Positions 47,733 through 60,566 of a stretch of DNA of 64,000 nucleotides are shown piece by piece. Position 1 is the first letter of the stretch. Every line of letters starts with the position of its first letter. This stretch comes from Methanobacteriota archaeon (GTDB lineage: Archaea > Thermoplasmatota > Thermoplasmata > SG8-5 > JAGLSY01), in the NCBI GenBank assembly GCA_020697715.1, contig JAEHCO010000001.1, positions 778,149-842,148 on the forward strand, in the 5' to 3' direction. A program made the position numbers and the translations under genes. Below the pieces are notes generated by a model. That model was not told where the DNA came from. It worked only from the letters and a program-made list of their open reading frames with translations, and did no database searches.

Positions 47733-50700
47733 TCACCAATCGATAGTCCAGATAGTATCCGCTGGCACATGCACCCAATAACCTTCTCCAGGCTGCATGA
47801 TATGTCCTGGGCCAACCTCAATGACATTATAGGGTTGGCTGGCATTGAATGCCTCTACTATATCAGCTCCAGTTCCGAGAAGTGCATCCGCAACAGTAAC
47901 TGTATCGTTCAATGTCGGGTAGCCAACAAGATTCCAGCCAGCGTATAATTGGATGGCTGTCGAACTTGGTTCGCTTCCCCATACCTCCAGTGTGCAGGTT
48001 TCTGTTATGTTGATCCAGAATCCCATGGTATAATCCAGTACTTCTAGATCATTAAGTTGATCAGGCATGGTAGTGTGATTAATTTTCCAATGATCCTGAC
48101 CTATCGGGTCATAAGCTTGTATGCTGTCCCATTTACCTGAAATGCTTGACAATATAGAGTCTACGTAGTCTCCCCGGATCAGCGGTAGAGAGACGAGGTT
48201 CCAGCCTTCTGCTAGATCTATATTATAAGTGGTCGGAGGTGCCCAGGGGGCCATAAGTGGATAATTGTCCTGGCCACTATTGAATATTGAGTGAGGTGTA
48301 TCGCCGACTCCATCTGCTGGTGCAATATTTTGATCAGGTGTGCAATTGTTATCCACACCATCATAATCTGACCAGTAATTTCCACCACCAGGGTAGCCAA
48401 TATCCCATGTATTATTTGAACCATAATCATAGGCTTGAGATGGATTATTTATGAAATTATTGTGATATATGAGATTATTATCATTAGAGCCTATGTAGCA
48501 TCCTCGATAATTATCATTGATCGTATTATTGCGAATTATATTATCATCTACTGAAGGCCCAAAATCAATTCCTGCATATTGATTGTAGCTTATCTCATTA
48601 TTTTTAATAGTATTATTAGATGAGAAACCCAAAGTAATTCCAATACTGGTATGATCCAATATCTGACCTGAAATATGAATGTATGAACAGTTGGCAAGGA
48701 TCACTTGGCCTGCACCTGGAGGGATTATTCCTCCAGATACATCATACCAGTAAATTACTGGCTTACCATTTACTGTGTTCTGTGTGTCAATATAATGTGT
48801 GTTATAATGTTCTAATAAATTCCCTGCCAACTTAATTCCATTTTCATACATTGTATTTTTTGATATAATGCAATCCTGAGAACCTACGATATAAATGCCT
48901 ACAGTACCACTAAATGAAACATTATTATTTTTCACAATTGTCCCGATTGAGAAACCCAGGCTGATCCCATATTTCTCATTATACAACACTGTATTGTTCG
49001 TAACAGTGTTCTGGTCTGAATATTTCACTTCTATTCCAGCCTCTGTTGAAGCTCCGAGGTTGCGGTTTGAATTTACTGTATTATTGTTAATTATATTGAG
49101 ATCCGAGCCCGAAAAAATGTAAATTCCTTCATTACAATCTGAAATACTATTTCTTTCCAAATAATTATTATCCGCTCCCATCAGAATTATTCCCGAATTT
49201 GTATTGGAGTAGATCGTATTATTGATCAAGGTATTGAAATGTGAATTTTCTAGACCAATACCATTCCCTAAATTAGAGTATACGATATTATTTTCTATAA
49301 TTCCATTATCTACATTAGTGAGGGCTATGCCAGTGCCTGGAAATAAGGAAGGGAAAGGTCCATTGCTGGTATCATGGATGATGCAATCTCTGAAGATGAA
49401 GTGATCTGTCGTATTCCCAACATAAAGGCTATTACTAGCACCGATCCCATTAATGTCATAGCCCTCAATGATCCATGGATTACCTTCTGTACCATCACCA
49501 GTATGCCAGTTCACGACACCATGGGCCTCATCGAAATCCATGTTTGAATCTATTCTGATGGGACGATGAGCTGTGTATGAAGACCTGGTTTCCAATGGCT
49601 CCATCAATGGATAATTATCATAAATGTCAATAGGCTCTGAATAATTGAGCCAGACAAATACAGGCATACCATCCGCCCACCAGCTCCAGGCCAAGGTGAC
49701 TTCGCCTGTTGTGTAATTTAGTACATAATCATCCCAATTTGGGCCGGAGCCATCATCCTCTTCAAGCATCCAAATAAAGCCACCATCGTCATTATATATT
49801 GTACAATCAATGATATCAGTATATCCTACATTGAATGTGGTTGCTTCAAAGACTGTAAAGTATACGGTCTCATTCTCAACCGAAATGGTGTTGGAGTTAT
49901 GATCCACCATATACGGTGTATCTCCCAGATCATCTGAACCAGGGATGTCTTGATCTGGGCCAGACATAATATCCATGCCTGAATGATCATCCCAATAGTT
50001 GCCACCAGATGGGTAGCCATTATCCCAATTATTGTTCTCATTGTCATCATCAGCATGGATAGTATTTCCAATGAAATTATTGTGATAGATAAAATTGCTG
50101 TTGGATTGTGAAAGTAGAATGCCGTTTATCGTGCTCATTGAAATATTGTTCTCATGAATAAATAAGCCAGTGCTTTGGGTAAAGAATAAACCATACATAT
50201 TGTTAGAAACATTGTTGTTTCTGATTATACAAGACGATGAGCTATCGAGTCTTATGCCTGCACCATTGCCATAAGCAACATTGTTCTCGATAAGGCAATT
50301 TACAGCTGACCAGGTATGTATCCCCTCACCTGGATTATTAGAGAGATCATTGCCTCTGATCGTACCATTATGAACATTGTTCAGGACCAATCCTATTGTG
50401 GGGCCATAGGGCCAGTCTTCCCACTCAGTAGTATCATGAAGATAACTATCGCTCAAAACAAAATGATCCGTGGTATTTCCAATGTATATGCAATAACTAT
50501 AGCCAGTTCCATCAATGTCCCAGTTCTGGATGATCCAAGGGTTGCCACCACTACCATCGCCAGTCGCCCAGTTGACAACACCATGAGCTAAATCAAAGTC
50601 CGCATTCGAATTTATTCTGATAGGTGCATGAACTGTGTATGATGGCTCAGGATCATCAGGCATATCCGCCCCTCCAGCACCCATATCTCCCTGGTAAAAT

Positions 50701-50768
50701 GATATGAATAAACTAACTACTATTAGTCCAAAACACACTCTACTTAACATTGATCTGCCCATGATCAT
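47733..50768 (-). CDS. Secreted NosD/CASH parallel beta-helix repeat protein with C-terminal GWNL domain
   Basis: Signal peptide; two H.PIRI.SN.DFD.AHGVVNW.TGDG units each followed by N..S.N...GI repeats and GGNYW; C-terminal GWNLVS/GWNLVG pair. Confidence 0.85.
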   Translation of the reverse strand: MIMGRSMLSRVCFGLIVVSLFISFYQGDMGAGGADMPDDPEPSYTVHAPIRINSNADFDLAHGVVNWATGDGSGGNPWIIQNWDIDGTGYSYCIYIGNTTDHFVLSDSYLHDTTEWEDWPYGPTIGLVLNNVHNGTIRGNDLSNNPGEGIHTWSAVNCLIENNVAYGNGAGIRLDSSSSCIIRNNNVSNNMYGLFFTQSTGLFIHENNISMSTINGILLSQSNSNFIYHNNFIGNTIHADDDNENNNWDNGYPSGGNYWDDHSGMDIMSGPDQDIPGSDDLGDTPYMVDHNSNTISVENETVYFTVFEATTFNVGYTDIIDCTIYNDDGGFIWMLEEDDGSGPNWDDYVLNYTTGEVTLAWSWWADGMPVFVWLNYSEPIDIYDNYPLMEPLETRSSYTAHRPIRIDSNMDFDEAHGVVNWHTGDGTEGNPWIIEGYDINGIGASNSLYVGNTTDHFIFRDCIIHDTSNGPFPSLFPGTGIALTNVDNGIIENNIVYSNLGNGIGLENSHFNTLINNTIYSNTNSGIILMGADNNYLERNSISDCNEGIYIFSGSDLNIINNNTVNSNRNLGASTEAGIEVKYSDQNTVTNNTVLYNEKYGISLGFSIGTIVKNNNVSFSGTVGIYIVGSQDCIISKNTMYENGIKLAGNLLEHYNTHYIDTQNTVNGKPVIYWYDVSGGIIPPGAGQVILANCSYIHISGQILDHTSIGITLGFSSNNTIKNNEISYNQYAGIDFGPSVDDNIIRNNTINDNYRGCYIGSNDNNLIYHNNFINNPSQAYDYGSNNTWDIGYPGGGNYWSDYDGVDNNCTPDQNIAPADGVGDTPHSIFNSGQDNYPLMAPWAPPTTYNIDLAEGWNLVSLPLIRGDYVDSILSSISGKWDSIQAYDPIGQDHWKINHTTMPDQLNDLEVLDYTMGFWINITETCTLEVWGSEPSSTAIQLYAGWNLVGYPTLNDTVTVADALLGTGADIVEAFNASQPYNVIEVGPGHIMQPGEGYWVHVPADTIWTIDW

Positions 50769-51173
50769 CTCACTTCTCCCTTTGATGAAGCGAATATGTT
50801 GATAATGTTATTTAAGGATACTGTAATCATTAACAGAGTATGGAAAATAGGGGTTTGGGAGGAGAGCCAGCTTTGGATATTTGGCAATTCTGAAAGATGG
50901 ACCTCCCCGATCTTAACATGATCGGGGGTAATGAATAAGCACCCCGCCCGCGCACTGAAATAATACTGTGTTTAGACGGGGCTTAGGAATTCCAATTTGT
51001 GTTTGTCAACCACTGAGATATAGAATATAAAACTACGCCCAATTCAATAATTGGGCTAGTTCGCAAAACTTGTTTTGCTCACCCCGCCCTAATGAATATT
51101 CTATGAATTATCCAGACGGGGCATGCTGTAGAGAATATGTTTGATCTCAATAGATCAATGCTGAGAATCTGAA

Positions 51174-53741
51174 TTATTCCTCATCATCTGGCTCTATCTC
51201 TTCTTCCAGCCCGCTGAGTTCCGCATCACTCATCACGTGCTGCGGTTTCTTCTCCGCGTGCTCGGCTTCTTCAATGGCTTCCTCAACTTCTTCGGGAGCC
51301 ACGAGCCTCGTCACACTGCAGACCTTGTCATCCTTCTTCTTCAGGCGCATGATCTTCACTCCTTGTGTCGCCCTGCTGATGATCCTAATATCCTTGACTG
51401 GCGTGCGTATGACCATGCCGCTTTCCGAAGTGACAATCAACTCATGATCGTCAGTGACTTCCCTGACGGTGACGACCTCTCCATTCCTTTCGGAGGTCCT
51501 TATATTGATAACACCTTTGGCACCGCGCTTGGTCTTTCTGTAATCCGAGACATTGGACCGCTTGCCGTATCCGTTCTCCGTAACCGTCAGGAGAACGCTC
51601 TCCTCGTCCACGATGGCCATTGACACGACCTCGTCATCGCTGGCCAGTGTCATTCCCTTCACGCCGATGGAGTGCCTGGACACTGTTCTGACAAGGGATT
51701 CTTCGAACCTCACAGCCTGGCCTTTTCTGGAGGCCAGGATTATCTCCTTGCTTCCATCGGTCATGGCCACTCGAACCAACTCATCATCCTCTCTTAGCTT
51801 GACAGCCCAGATACCAGTGACCCTCGGTCTCTTGTAAGCCGAGAGTTTCGTCTTCTTGATGATACCCTTCTTGGTGGAGAATATTAAATAATGGTCTTCA
51901 TCGAATTCCCTGACCGGGATGGCTGTCTGGACATACTCATCATCTTCCAACCTTGGAAGTATATTGACTATGGCCTTGCCCTTCGCATGACGACCTCCAA
52001 TTGGTATCCTGTATCCCTTGAGCCAGTGCACTCTTCCTTTATTGGTGAAGAAGAGCATGAAATTGTGAGTTGTCGTGACATACATATCTGTGATGATGTC
52101 CTCTTCCTTGGTCTCCATACCTATGAGGCCAACACCTCCACGGCGCTGTTGCTTGTATGTATCCAATGTAAGACGCTTGATATAGCCAGTTTGTGTCATG
52201 GAAATGACGATATCCTCTTCTGGGATGAGATCCTCAATATCCATGTCATCCGCATGCACGATTATATCGGTCTTACGCTCATCACCATATCTGGCTTTTA
52301 ATTCTGCCAGTTCTTCCTTGATGATCCTCATCACACGCTCTGGTGTCTCAAGGATATTTGTAAGGTCGGCAATGACGTTCAGCAGGGCGGAGTATTCGTC
52401 CTTCACGCCTTGTCTCTCCATATTGGTAAGCTTCTGAAGCCTCATGTCAAGTATTGCCTTTACCTGTTCAAGTGAAAGCATGAAATTGCCCATGAGCCCT
52501 TCTCTGGCTTCTTCCGCGGTCTTGGATTTTCTGATGATCGCTATGACGGCATCGATATTATCAAGGGCAACTATGAGTCCCTCTAATATGTGGGCTCTGG
52601 CCTTTGCCTTGCTCAGGTCGAATTCCGTTCTGCGAACTACAATGATCTTCCTGTGATTCACCCAATGTTCCAGCATCACCTTGAGGTTCATGACCTTTGG
52701 CTCATTGTCCACAAGAGCCAAGTTGATTATACCGAAGGTCGTCTGCATCTGCGTGTGCTTGTAAAGGATATTGAGAACGACTTCCTCCATCGTACCCCTC
52801 TTGAGCTCGATGACGATCCTCATTCCTTTTCTGTCGCTCTCATCCCTGAGATCGACAATTCCCTCGACCTTTTTGTTCTTCACAAGGTCAGCTATGTTCT
52901 CGATAAGCCTGGATTTATTAACTTGATATGGAATTTCTGTGACGATGATCCGGCTCTTGCCATTGTCCATTTCCTCGATGTGGCTTTTAGCCCTAATTCT
53001 GACACGACCACGGCCAGTGTTGTAGGCTTCGATTATGCCGACCATTCCATAGATCGTTCCGCCAGTTGGGAAATCCGGGGCCTGGATGAATTCCATCAGA
53101 TCCGCAACCTCGGCATCTGGATTGTCAATAAGGAAAGTAAGGCCATCCACAACTTCAGATAGGTTATGTGGCGGGATATTGGTCGCCATTCCGACCGCTA
53201 TTCCGGATGATCCATTGATTATGAGATTTGGAAGCCTGGAAGGCAGAACTGTCGGTTCCTGAAGACTGCCATCGAAATTATCAACGAATTCCACGGTCTC
53301 TTTATCTATATCGGCCAGCATTTCCTCCGCTGTCCGTCTCATACGACATTCTGTGTAACGCATGGCCGCCGCACTGTCACCGTCCACGCTACCGAAATTA
53401 CCCTGACCATCTACCAGCATGTACCTTAGTGAAAAAGGCTGGGCCATTCTGACCAATGTGCCATAAAGTGCCTGGTCACCATGTGGATGGTATTTACCAA
53501 GAACGTCACCGACCACACGGACAGATTTCTTGAAGGGGCGGTTGTGTCCCAGTCCTAGTTCGTTCATGCCATGCAGTAATCTACGATGAGCTGGCTTCAG
53601 TCCATCCCTGACATCTGGAAGAGCACGCCCGACTATGACACTCATCGCATAGTCGATATAGCATTTCTTCATCTCGTCCTCTATTGGCTTTGGGATCTCG
53701 CGTCTTCCCAGGGTTTCCTCATTTATTTCCATATCCACCAT
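51174..53741 (-). CDS. gyrA: DNA gyrase subunit A
   Basis: [35 protein letters not shown] catalytic Tyr, GyrA-box QRRGGVG, acidic tail. Confidence 0.97.
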   Translation of the reverse strand: MVDMEINEETLGRREIPKPIEDEMKKCYIDYAMSVIVGRALPDVRDGLKPAHRRLLHGMNELGLGHNRPFKKSVRVVGDVLGKYHPHGDQALYGTLVRMAQPFSLRYMLVDGQGNFGSVDGDSAAAMRYTECRMRRTAEEMLADIDKETVEFVDNFDGSLQEPTVLPSRLPNLIINGSSGIAVGMATNIPPHNLSEVVDGLTFLIDNPDAEVADLMEFIQAPDFPTGGTIYGMVGIIEAYNTGRGRVRIRAKSHIEEMDNGKSRIIVTEIPYQVNKSRLIENIADLVKNKKVEGIVDLRDESDRKGMRIVIELKRGTMEEVVLNILYKHTQMQTTFGIINLALVDNEPKVMNLKVMLEHWVNHRKIIVVRRTEFDLSKAKARAHILEGLIVALDNIDAVIAIIRKSKTAEEAREGLMGNFMLSLEQVKAILDMRLQKLTNMERQGVKDEYSALLNVIADLTNILETPERVMRIIKEELAELKARYGDERKTDIIVHADDMDIEDLIPEEDIVISMTQTGYIKRLTLDTYKQQRRGGVGLIGMETKEEDIITDMYVTTTHNFMLFFTNKGRVHWLKGYRIPIGGRHAKGKAIVNILPRLEDDEYVQTAIPVREFDEDHYLIFSTKKGIIKKTKLSAYKRPRVTGIWAVKLREDDELVRVAMTDGSKEIILASRKGQAVRFEESLVRTVSRHSIGVKGMTLASDDEVVSMAIVDEESVLLTVTENGYGKRSNVSDYRKTKRGAKGVINIRTSERNGEVVTVREVTDDHELIVTSESGMVIRTPVKDIRIISRATQGVKIMRLKKKDDKVCSVTRLVAPEEVEEAIEEAEHAEKKPQHVMSDAELSGLEEEIEPDDEE

Positions 53742-53759
53742 TTTCAATCACCCCTTGAT

Positions 53760-55794
<2,035 letters not shown>

Positions 55795-56007
55795 ATGATA
55801 CTATTATCTAATATTTTTAACATTATACAATGCTCCTCAATAGTTTCTGATTTGTTATAAAACATATTTCATCATGTTTTTTATCATAATGTCAATAATT
55901 ATCTAAATATCGACTTAATATCCTAATTAATCTGTCAAAACCTTTATGAAGGATATTACCTTTTACCATTATACATTAAGTAAATTTGGGATCGGCGAGG
56001 ATTGATA

Positions 56008-56367
56008 ATGGCAAATATTTCACAGATAGAAGATGCACTTCATTCGATAAAGCAAAATAATGGAGTTATGGACGCTGTAATGGTGTCCAGAAGCGGTATG
56101 CATATAGCTGGTGATGTTCCATCTGGAGTACACACAGAGACCTTCGTAGCCATGTCTGCAATTTTACTTGGAGCGGCTGAAACCTCAACTTCCGAGCTCA
56201 GAGACAAACTAAAGCTGGTGACAATAAACCTTGAACACTCTACCATATTCATCAATACCATCAGTAGCAGGGGGATATTGGTATTGAGGTCCAAGACCGA
56301 AGTTACCAGGGATGAGATCGTGGATATCATCAACACCCACGCAAGTAAGATCGAAGCAAGCCTTTGA
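56008..56367 (+). CDS. Roadblock/LC7 domain protein
   Basis: ~119 aa; GVMDAVMVSRSG..IA, ETFVAMSAILLGAAE pattern. Confidence 0.85.
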   Translation: MANISQIEDALHSIKQNNGVMDAVMVSRSGMHIAGDVPSGVHTETFVAMSAILLGAAETSTSELRDKLKLVTINLEHSTIFINTISSRGILVLRSKTEVTRDEIVDIINTHASKIEASL

Positions 56368-56487
56368 TATCTCAGACCTTTATCTTATCATAGATCACCT
56401 GTTCAGCTCATGCTGTACATGATCTTGAAATGTTATAATTTATCTTGAAGGATGACTTAAGATAGATGAATGAAGATAAATGAATAT

Positions 56488-58674
56488 TCACTTTATCTTT
56501 GACCCTGGCTTCATGTCCTTGTCAGAAACTATGTTCATATTTCCTGTTCTAAGGAGAAGCTCCGAATCCGCACTCATGATAGCTGCTTTATTGCCATCTC
56601 TTATTTTCAGGGTGACATTCTGGAATTCTGGAAAGCTGATCTGTTTCGCGCCCTCTGCTCCAGAGATCCTATCACCTGGCTTTGCATCGCCATCAGGCAT
56701 CAATATGGATACCTTCTCATCATCACTCGCGGCCAGGAGCATGCACTGGGATTCAATCCCCCTCAGCTTTGCTGGTTTCAGATTGCAGACAACTGTTATT
56801 GTTTTACCAGCCAGCTCCTCTTTTGAATAGTGTTCTTTGAGGCCAGCCACCAATTGCCTTTCCTCATCTCCGAGATCGATGATCATGACAATGAGTTTGT
56901 CAGCATCCGGGTGGTCATGCACCTCGGCGATCCTGCCGATCCTCAGATCCAGCTTCTTTAGTTCATCTGCTGGGCTAGCTATCTTTTCTTCAATAGTGGT
57001 GTCGGTATCCATTTCATCGTCCTCCTCAATTTCTTCTAGCTTTTTGAATAATGGCTCTGGCTTTTTGAGTTCTGTACCTGATATAGGTGGCTCGATTGCC
57101 TTGTTCCAATTATCTTTGTCAAGCACTTGTCCTTCCTCTCCAAGTGCTTCCCACAATTTCTGGGATGAGAAAGGCAAATATGGTGCGAAGATAACAGCCA
57201 GTGCTTTCGAGATGCGAAGAGAAGTATGGAGAGTTATGGCACATTTATCCCTATCTTGCTTCAATTCAGCCCATGGAGCCTTTGTGTCAATGTACTGATT
57301 TCCAAAGCGTGCTAATTCCATAGCACGTTTTATCCCTCGCTTGAACTCACATTTATCCAGATGTTCTGCAACATCATGCACAACGGCCTTGATCTCTTCC
57401 AATGCTTCCTCATCCGGAGCACTCAATTGGCCAGGCTCGTCCGGTATCTGGCCAAAGTTCTTCTGTGTGAAGCTCAGGGTCCTATGAACGAAGTTCCCAT
57501 AAGTAGCAACAAGTTCATTGTTGTTCCTGGTCTGGAAATCTTCCCATGTGAAATCAGTGTCGCGGTTCTCTGGCATGGTCGTGGTCATGTAATATCTCAT
57601 GGCGTCGGGCTCATATTTCTCAACAATATCCTTTATCGAGACTGAAACACCGCGAGATTTGGAGAATTGCTGACCTCCAAATCTGAGGTATGCATTTCCT
57701 GGAACATCATAGGGCAGGTTAAGATCCTTATCAAAGGAACGGAGAACTGCTGGCCAGAATATTGTGTGAAATGGGATATTGTCCTTTCCGAGGAAGTAAT
57801 AATGACGGCATTCGGGGTTCTTCCAGAAGCTCTCGAGCTTCTGTTCATCCACCTGGCCATCCTTATCCATCGCCCATTTGACAGCCATCGTGTAATAGCC
57901 CATGAAGGCCTCGAACCAAACATATATTCTCTTATCATCATGTCCGTCAAAAGGTATTTTGATCCCATAGGTGGTATCTCGGGTAACTGGCCTGTCTTTC
58001 AATCCGCCTTCTATGAACATCCTGGAGAAATTGAGAACATGAGGTCGCCAGTAGTCTTTATCCGACATCCATTCCTTCAGTTCTTGCTCAAGGGCGCTCA
58101 GTTTGAAGAAGAAATGACTGCGTGTGACGAACTTCGGCTCCGAGCCACAGGCCGTGCATCTGAGAGATATCAGCATATCTGGATCCATGAGCTTTCCACA
58201 TTCCTCGCATTGATCGCCTCTGGCATTCTCATAATGGCAGAAGGGGCATTCGCCCTCCACATACCGGTCTGGCAGGGTTCTGTCGCATTCGCCACAATAG
58301 GGTAGTTCCATCTCTTTCTCGTAGAGGTAGCCATTCTCGTGAATTGTCTTGAACAAATGGCTCACGGTCTCGATATGAACTGGATCCTCGGTGCTGTGGA
58401 ATTCATCGAACTCGATCCCGAAGTCCTTGAGCGCTTTGTCATTCATGGTGTGGTATTTCTGGGCCAGCTCCTCTGGTCTGATGCCCTCTTTCTCGGCTCC
58501 CACAGTGACTGGGGTGCCGTGCATATCCGAGCCAGATACCATCAGGACCTCGTTGCCTCTCATGATATGGAATTTACGGAATATGTCGGGGGGAAGGTTG
58601 CATCCAGCCATGTGGCCGACATGAATTGGGCCATTGGCATAGGGCCAGGCCACTCCTATGAATATCTTGCTCAT
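56488..58674 (-). CDS. metG: Methionine--tRNA ligase with C-terminal tRNA-binding domain
   Basis: AWPYANG.IHVGH, two Zn knuckles, YVWFEA, GKDNIPFH, FSKSRG, C-terminal OB/Trbp111-like domain. Confidence 0.96.
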   Translation of the reverse strand: MSKIFIGVAWPYANGPIHVGHMAGCNLPPDIFRKFHIMRGNEVLMVSGSDMHGTPVTVGAEKEGIRPEELAQKYHTMNDKALKDFGIEFDEFHSTEDPVHIETVSHLFKTIHENGYLYEKEMELPYCGECDRTLPDRYVEGECPFCHYENARGDQCEECGKLMDPDMLISLRCTACGSEPKFVTRSHFFFKLSALEQELKEWMSDKDYWRPHVLNFSRMFIEGGLKDRPVTRDTTYGIKIPFDGHDDKRIYVWFEAFMGYYTMAVKWAMDKDGQVDEQKLESFWKNPECRHYYFLGKDNIPFHTIFWPAVLRSFDKDLNLPYDVPGNAYLRFGGQQFSKSRGVSVSIKDIVEKYEPDAMRYYMTTTMPENRDTDFTWEDFQTRNNNELVATYGNFVHRTLSFTQKNFGQIPDEPGQLSAPDEEALEEIKAVVHDVAEHLDKCEFKRGIKRAMELARFGNQYIDTKAPWAELKQDRDKCAITLHTSLRISKALAVIFAPYLPFSSQKLWEALGEEGQVLDKDNWNKAIEPPISGTELKKPEPLFKKLEEIEEDDEMDTDTTIEEKIASPADELKKLDLRIGRIAEVHDHPDADKLIVMIIDLGDEERQLVAGLKEHYSKEELAGKTITVVCNLKPAKLRGIESQCMLLAASDDEKVSILMPDGDAKPGDRISGAEGAKQISFPEFQNVTLKIRDGNKAAIMSADSELLLRTGNMNIVSDKDMKPGSKIK

Positions 58675-58930
58675 TTTAAGCACCTCTGTAGGGCTGATAC
58701 GGATATAGGATTTATAATTTTATGAGTACAGAATGTATTTGTAAATGAATAAAACGGTATGAGGTCCGAGATGGGAAAAATGAGATTTTATTGACGCATA
58801 TTCTCATTTTTCGCGCTAGCCCAATTATGAAGAATTCAATTCACTGGCTGAAGAATTGGGCGTATATCAACATTGGCTAATATCATTTTATGAGTATGAA
58901 AAATAATTGACGAAAATAAAATGATATGAG

Positions 58931-59003
58931 GGCCGAGACCGAGAATTGAACCCGGGACGAGGGCTCCACAGGCCCCCAGGATAACCACTACCCCACCCCG
59001 GCC
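58931..59003 (-). tRNA. tRNA-His(GUG) with genomically encoded G-1; CCA not encoded
   Basis: Minus strand G-GCCGGGG...GGGGC-CTGTGGA-GCCCT...CCGGG-TTCAATT-CTCGG-TCTCGGC-C folds as a cloverleaf with anticodon GTG and C73 discriminator. Confidence 0.93.
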
Positions 59004-59140
59004 ATACTGTGCGATTGATAGATCAATGTGGTAATGTGGAAGACCTACAAACATGACATTATATAAAAATTTAGCAGGAAGTATATGTAAATGCCATCAG
59101 GGAGCTATAATTTATATCGGTAAAGAGCATTTCCTGCACT

Positions 59141-60163
59141 ATGGCAGAAGGGGAAGGGCCAATTCCAATTATATCAGCCAGTGATCTGGAGAAGTACGGA
59201 TACTGTCCAATGAGCTGGTGGTTGAGCATTGGCCTCTCTAATGAGAAAGAGGAGGACAAAAAGGTATTAGCTACCGGTCAGGAGAAGCACAATAGCCTGA
59301 GTCAGGACCTTACCAGTATCTTGGAAGGGGAGAGCATGGCGAAGGAATCCGAGACCATTGTTCTTTGGTTCGCTATCGCGGCCACCCTCATATCTTTGGT
59401 CGGCCTATCTCTGGTGTTCAAAGCAGATCTCAATATCGGTCTTATAATGGGGGTCATTGCTCTTATTTGGATACTCGCGGCCTGTTATTTTCTCTATCTA
59501 GCAGAGACGATATCACATAAAAAGACCATAATGGTCTATCAAAGAATAATCCTTATATTTGCAATTGTCGGAGCCATCATCGGAGTCAATTCCCTTACTA
59601 TCCTTGAGCAATATTTCAGTCCGGAAATGGCCGAGATAATGCTTGCCATTTCACTAACCTGGCTTGTCGCCGCTTCTTATTTCCTGTACAGATCGTTGAA
59701 GCACTTTCATGACGCGATGAAGAAAAGACAGTTGAGAAAGGTAAAGGAAAAGATATCTTATGTGGATACTGAAGATAAGAAACCCAAATTATTCATATCC
59801 AAGAAGCTGGGTCTTAGTGGTAGGCCTGATTATGTGCTCGTGATAGATGAGGGTCACATACCCGTGGAGGTCAAGACTGGGCGAACACCCCGGGGACCAT
59901 TGTTCTCCCATATACTTCAAACCGCAGCCTATTGCATCCTGATAGATGAAAAATATGGCGAGGCTCCCCCCTATGGGATCTTAAGGTATGATAAGGCCGA
60001 GCATGAGATAGAGTATGACGAATCCCTCAAGGACCTGGTCATCACAAAGCTCAAGGAAATGCGAAATATCTTGATAACAAAGGAAGTGCACAGGAATCAT
60101 AATAAGCCAGGCAAGTGCAAGAATTGTTCAAGAAGGTCCATTTGCCAGGAAAGATTGGACTGA
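59141..60163 (+). CDS. Solo Cas4-like PD-(D/E)xK nuclease with ~4 inserted TM helices
   Basis: SASDLEKYGYCP, GRPDYV, VEVKTG, QTAAY, C-terminal CKNC.....C (4-Cys Fe-S ligands); hydrophobic block at ~aa 73-185. Confidence 0.85.
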   Translation: MAEGEGPIPIISASDLEKYGYCPMSWWLSIGLSNEKEEDKKVLATGQEKHNSLSQDLTSILEGESMAKESETIVLWFAIAATLISLVGLSLVFKADLNIGLIMGVIALIWILAACYFLYLAETISHKKTIMVYQRIILIFAIVGAIIGVNSLTILEQYFSPEMAEIMLAISLTWLVAASYFLYRSLKHFHDAMKKRQLRKVKEKISYVDTEDKKPKLFISKKLGLSGRPDYVLVIDEGHIPVEVKTGRTPRGPLFSHILQTAAYCILIDEKYGEAPPYGILRYDKAEHEIEYDESLKDLVITKLKEMRNILITKEVHRNHNKPGKCKNCSRRSICQERLD

Positions 60164-60223
60164 TAGCAATAATTATTTTAAGGGTGCTGGCAGCATGTAT
60201 TTTTAATTATGAAGGATTCATAA

Positions 60224-60550
60224 TTATTTGATATCCTGTTCATAATTGAGACCACTGAGAAGAGCCATTTCCGCCTTCTGGATCTCCCTGCCAAGGTAAG
60301 CCGCGTGTTCCATCCTAGAGACCAGATTCTCTCTGATTATGGTGTGACAAAGGGCTTCAGCATTTCTTCCACATACAGTGGCCATCAACTTGCCAGTATC
60401 TGTCTTTTTTGAATCCTTGCCTTTGGAGACATTCTCATAGAACTCGACAACTATCTCCTTTCTTGATTTATCTATGAATATTACAAAGAATCCTTTGGGA
60501 TCCAGTATCAGGCGCACATCTTTTTCTGCTTCAATTGTCTCCATGCTCAT
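60224..60550 (-). CDS. DUF4346 family protein
   Basis: LDPKGFFVI...SRMEHAAYLGREIQKAE.AL..G..YEQD signature. Confidence 0.82.
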   Translation of the reverse strand: MSMETIEAEKDVRLILDPKGFFVIFIDKSRKEIVVEFYENVSKGKDSKKTDTGKLMATVCGRNAEALCHTIIRENLVSRMEHAAYLGREIQKAEMALLSGLNYEQDIK

Positions 60551-60566
60551 ATCGATTTCCTCCAGT

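Noticed and set aside
51037-51056. Integron attC site (GCCCAAT...ATTGGGC resembles RYYYAAC/GTTRRRY)
   Set aside because: The invariant AAC/GTT triplets are absent, the element is too short, and there is no integrase or cassette organisation.
58836-59054. 72-aa ORF in the supplied track
   Set aside because: It overlaps tRNA-His, which explains the sequence.
58700-60220. CRISPR-Cas locus around the Cas4-like gene
   Set aside because: No regularly spaced repeats and no other cas genes were seen in the window.
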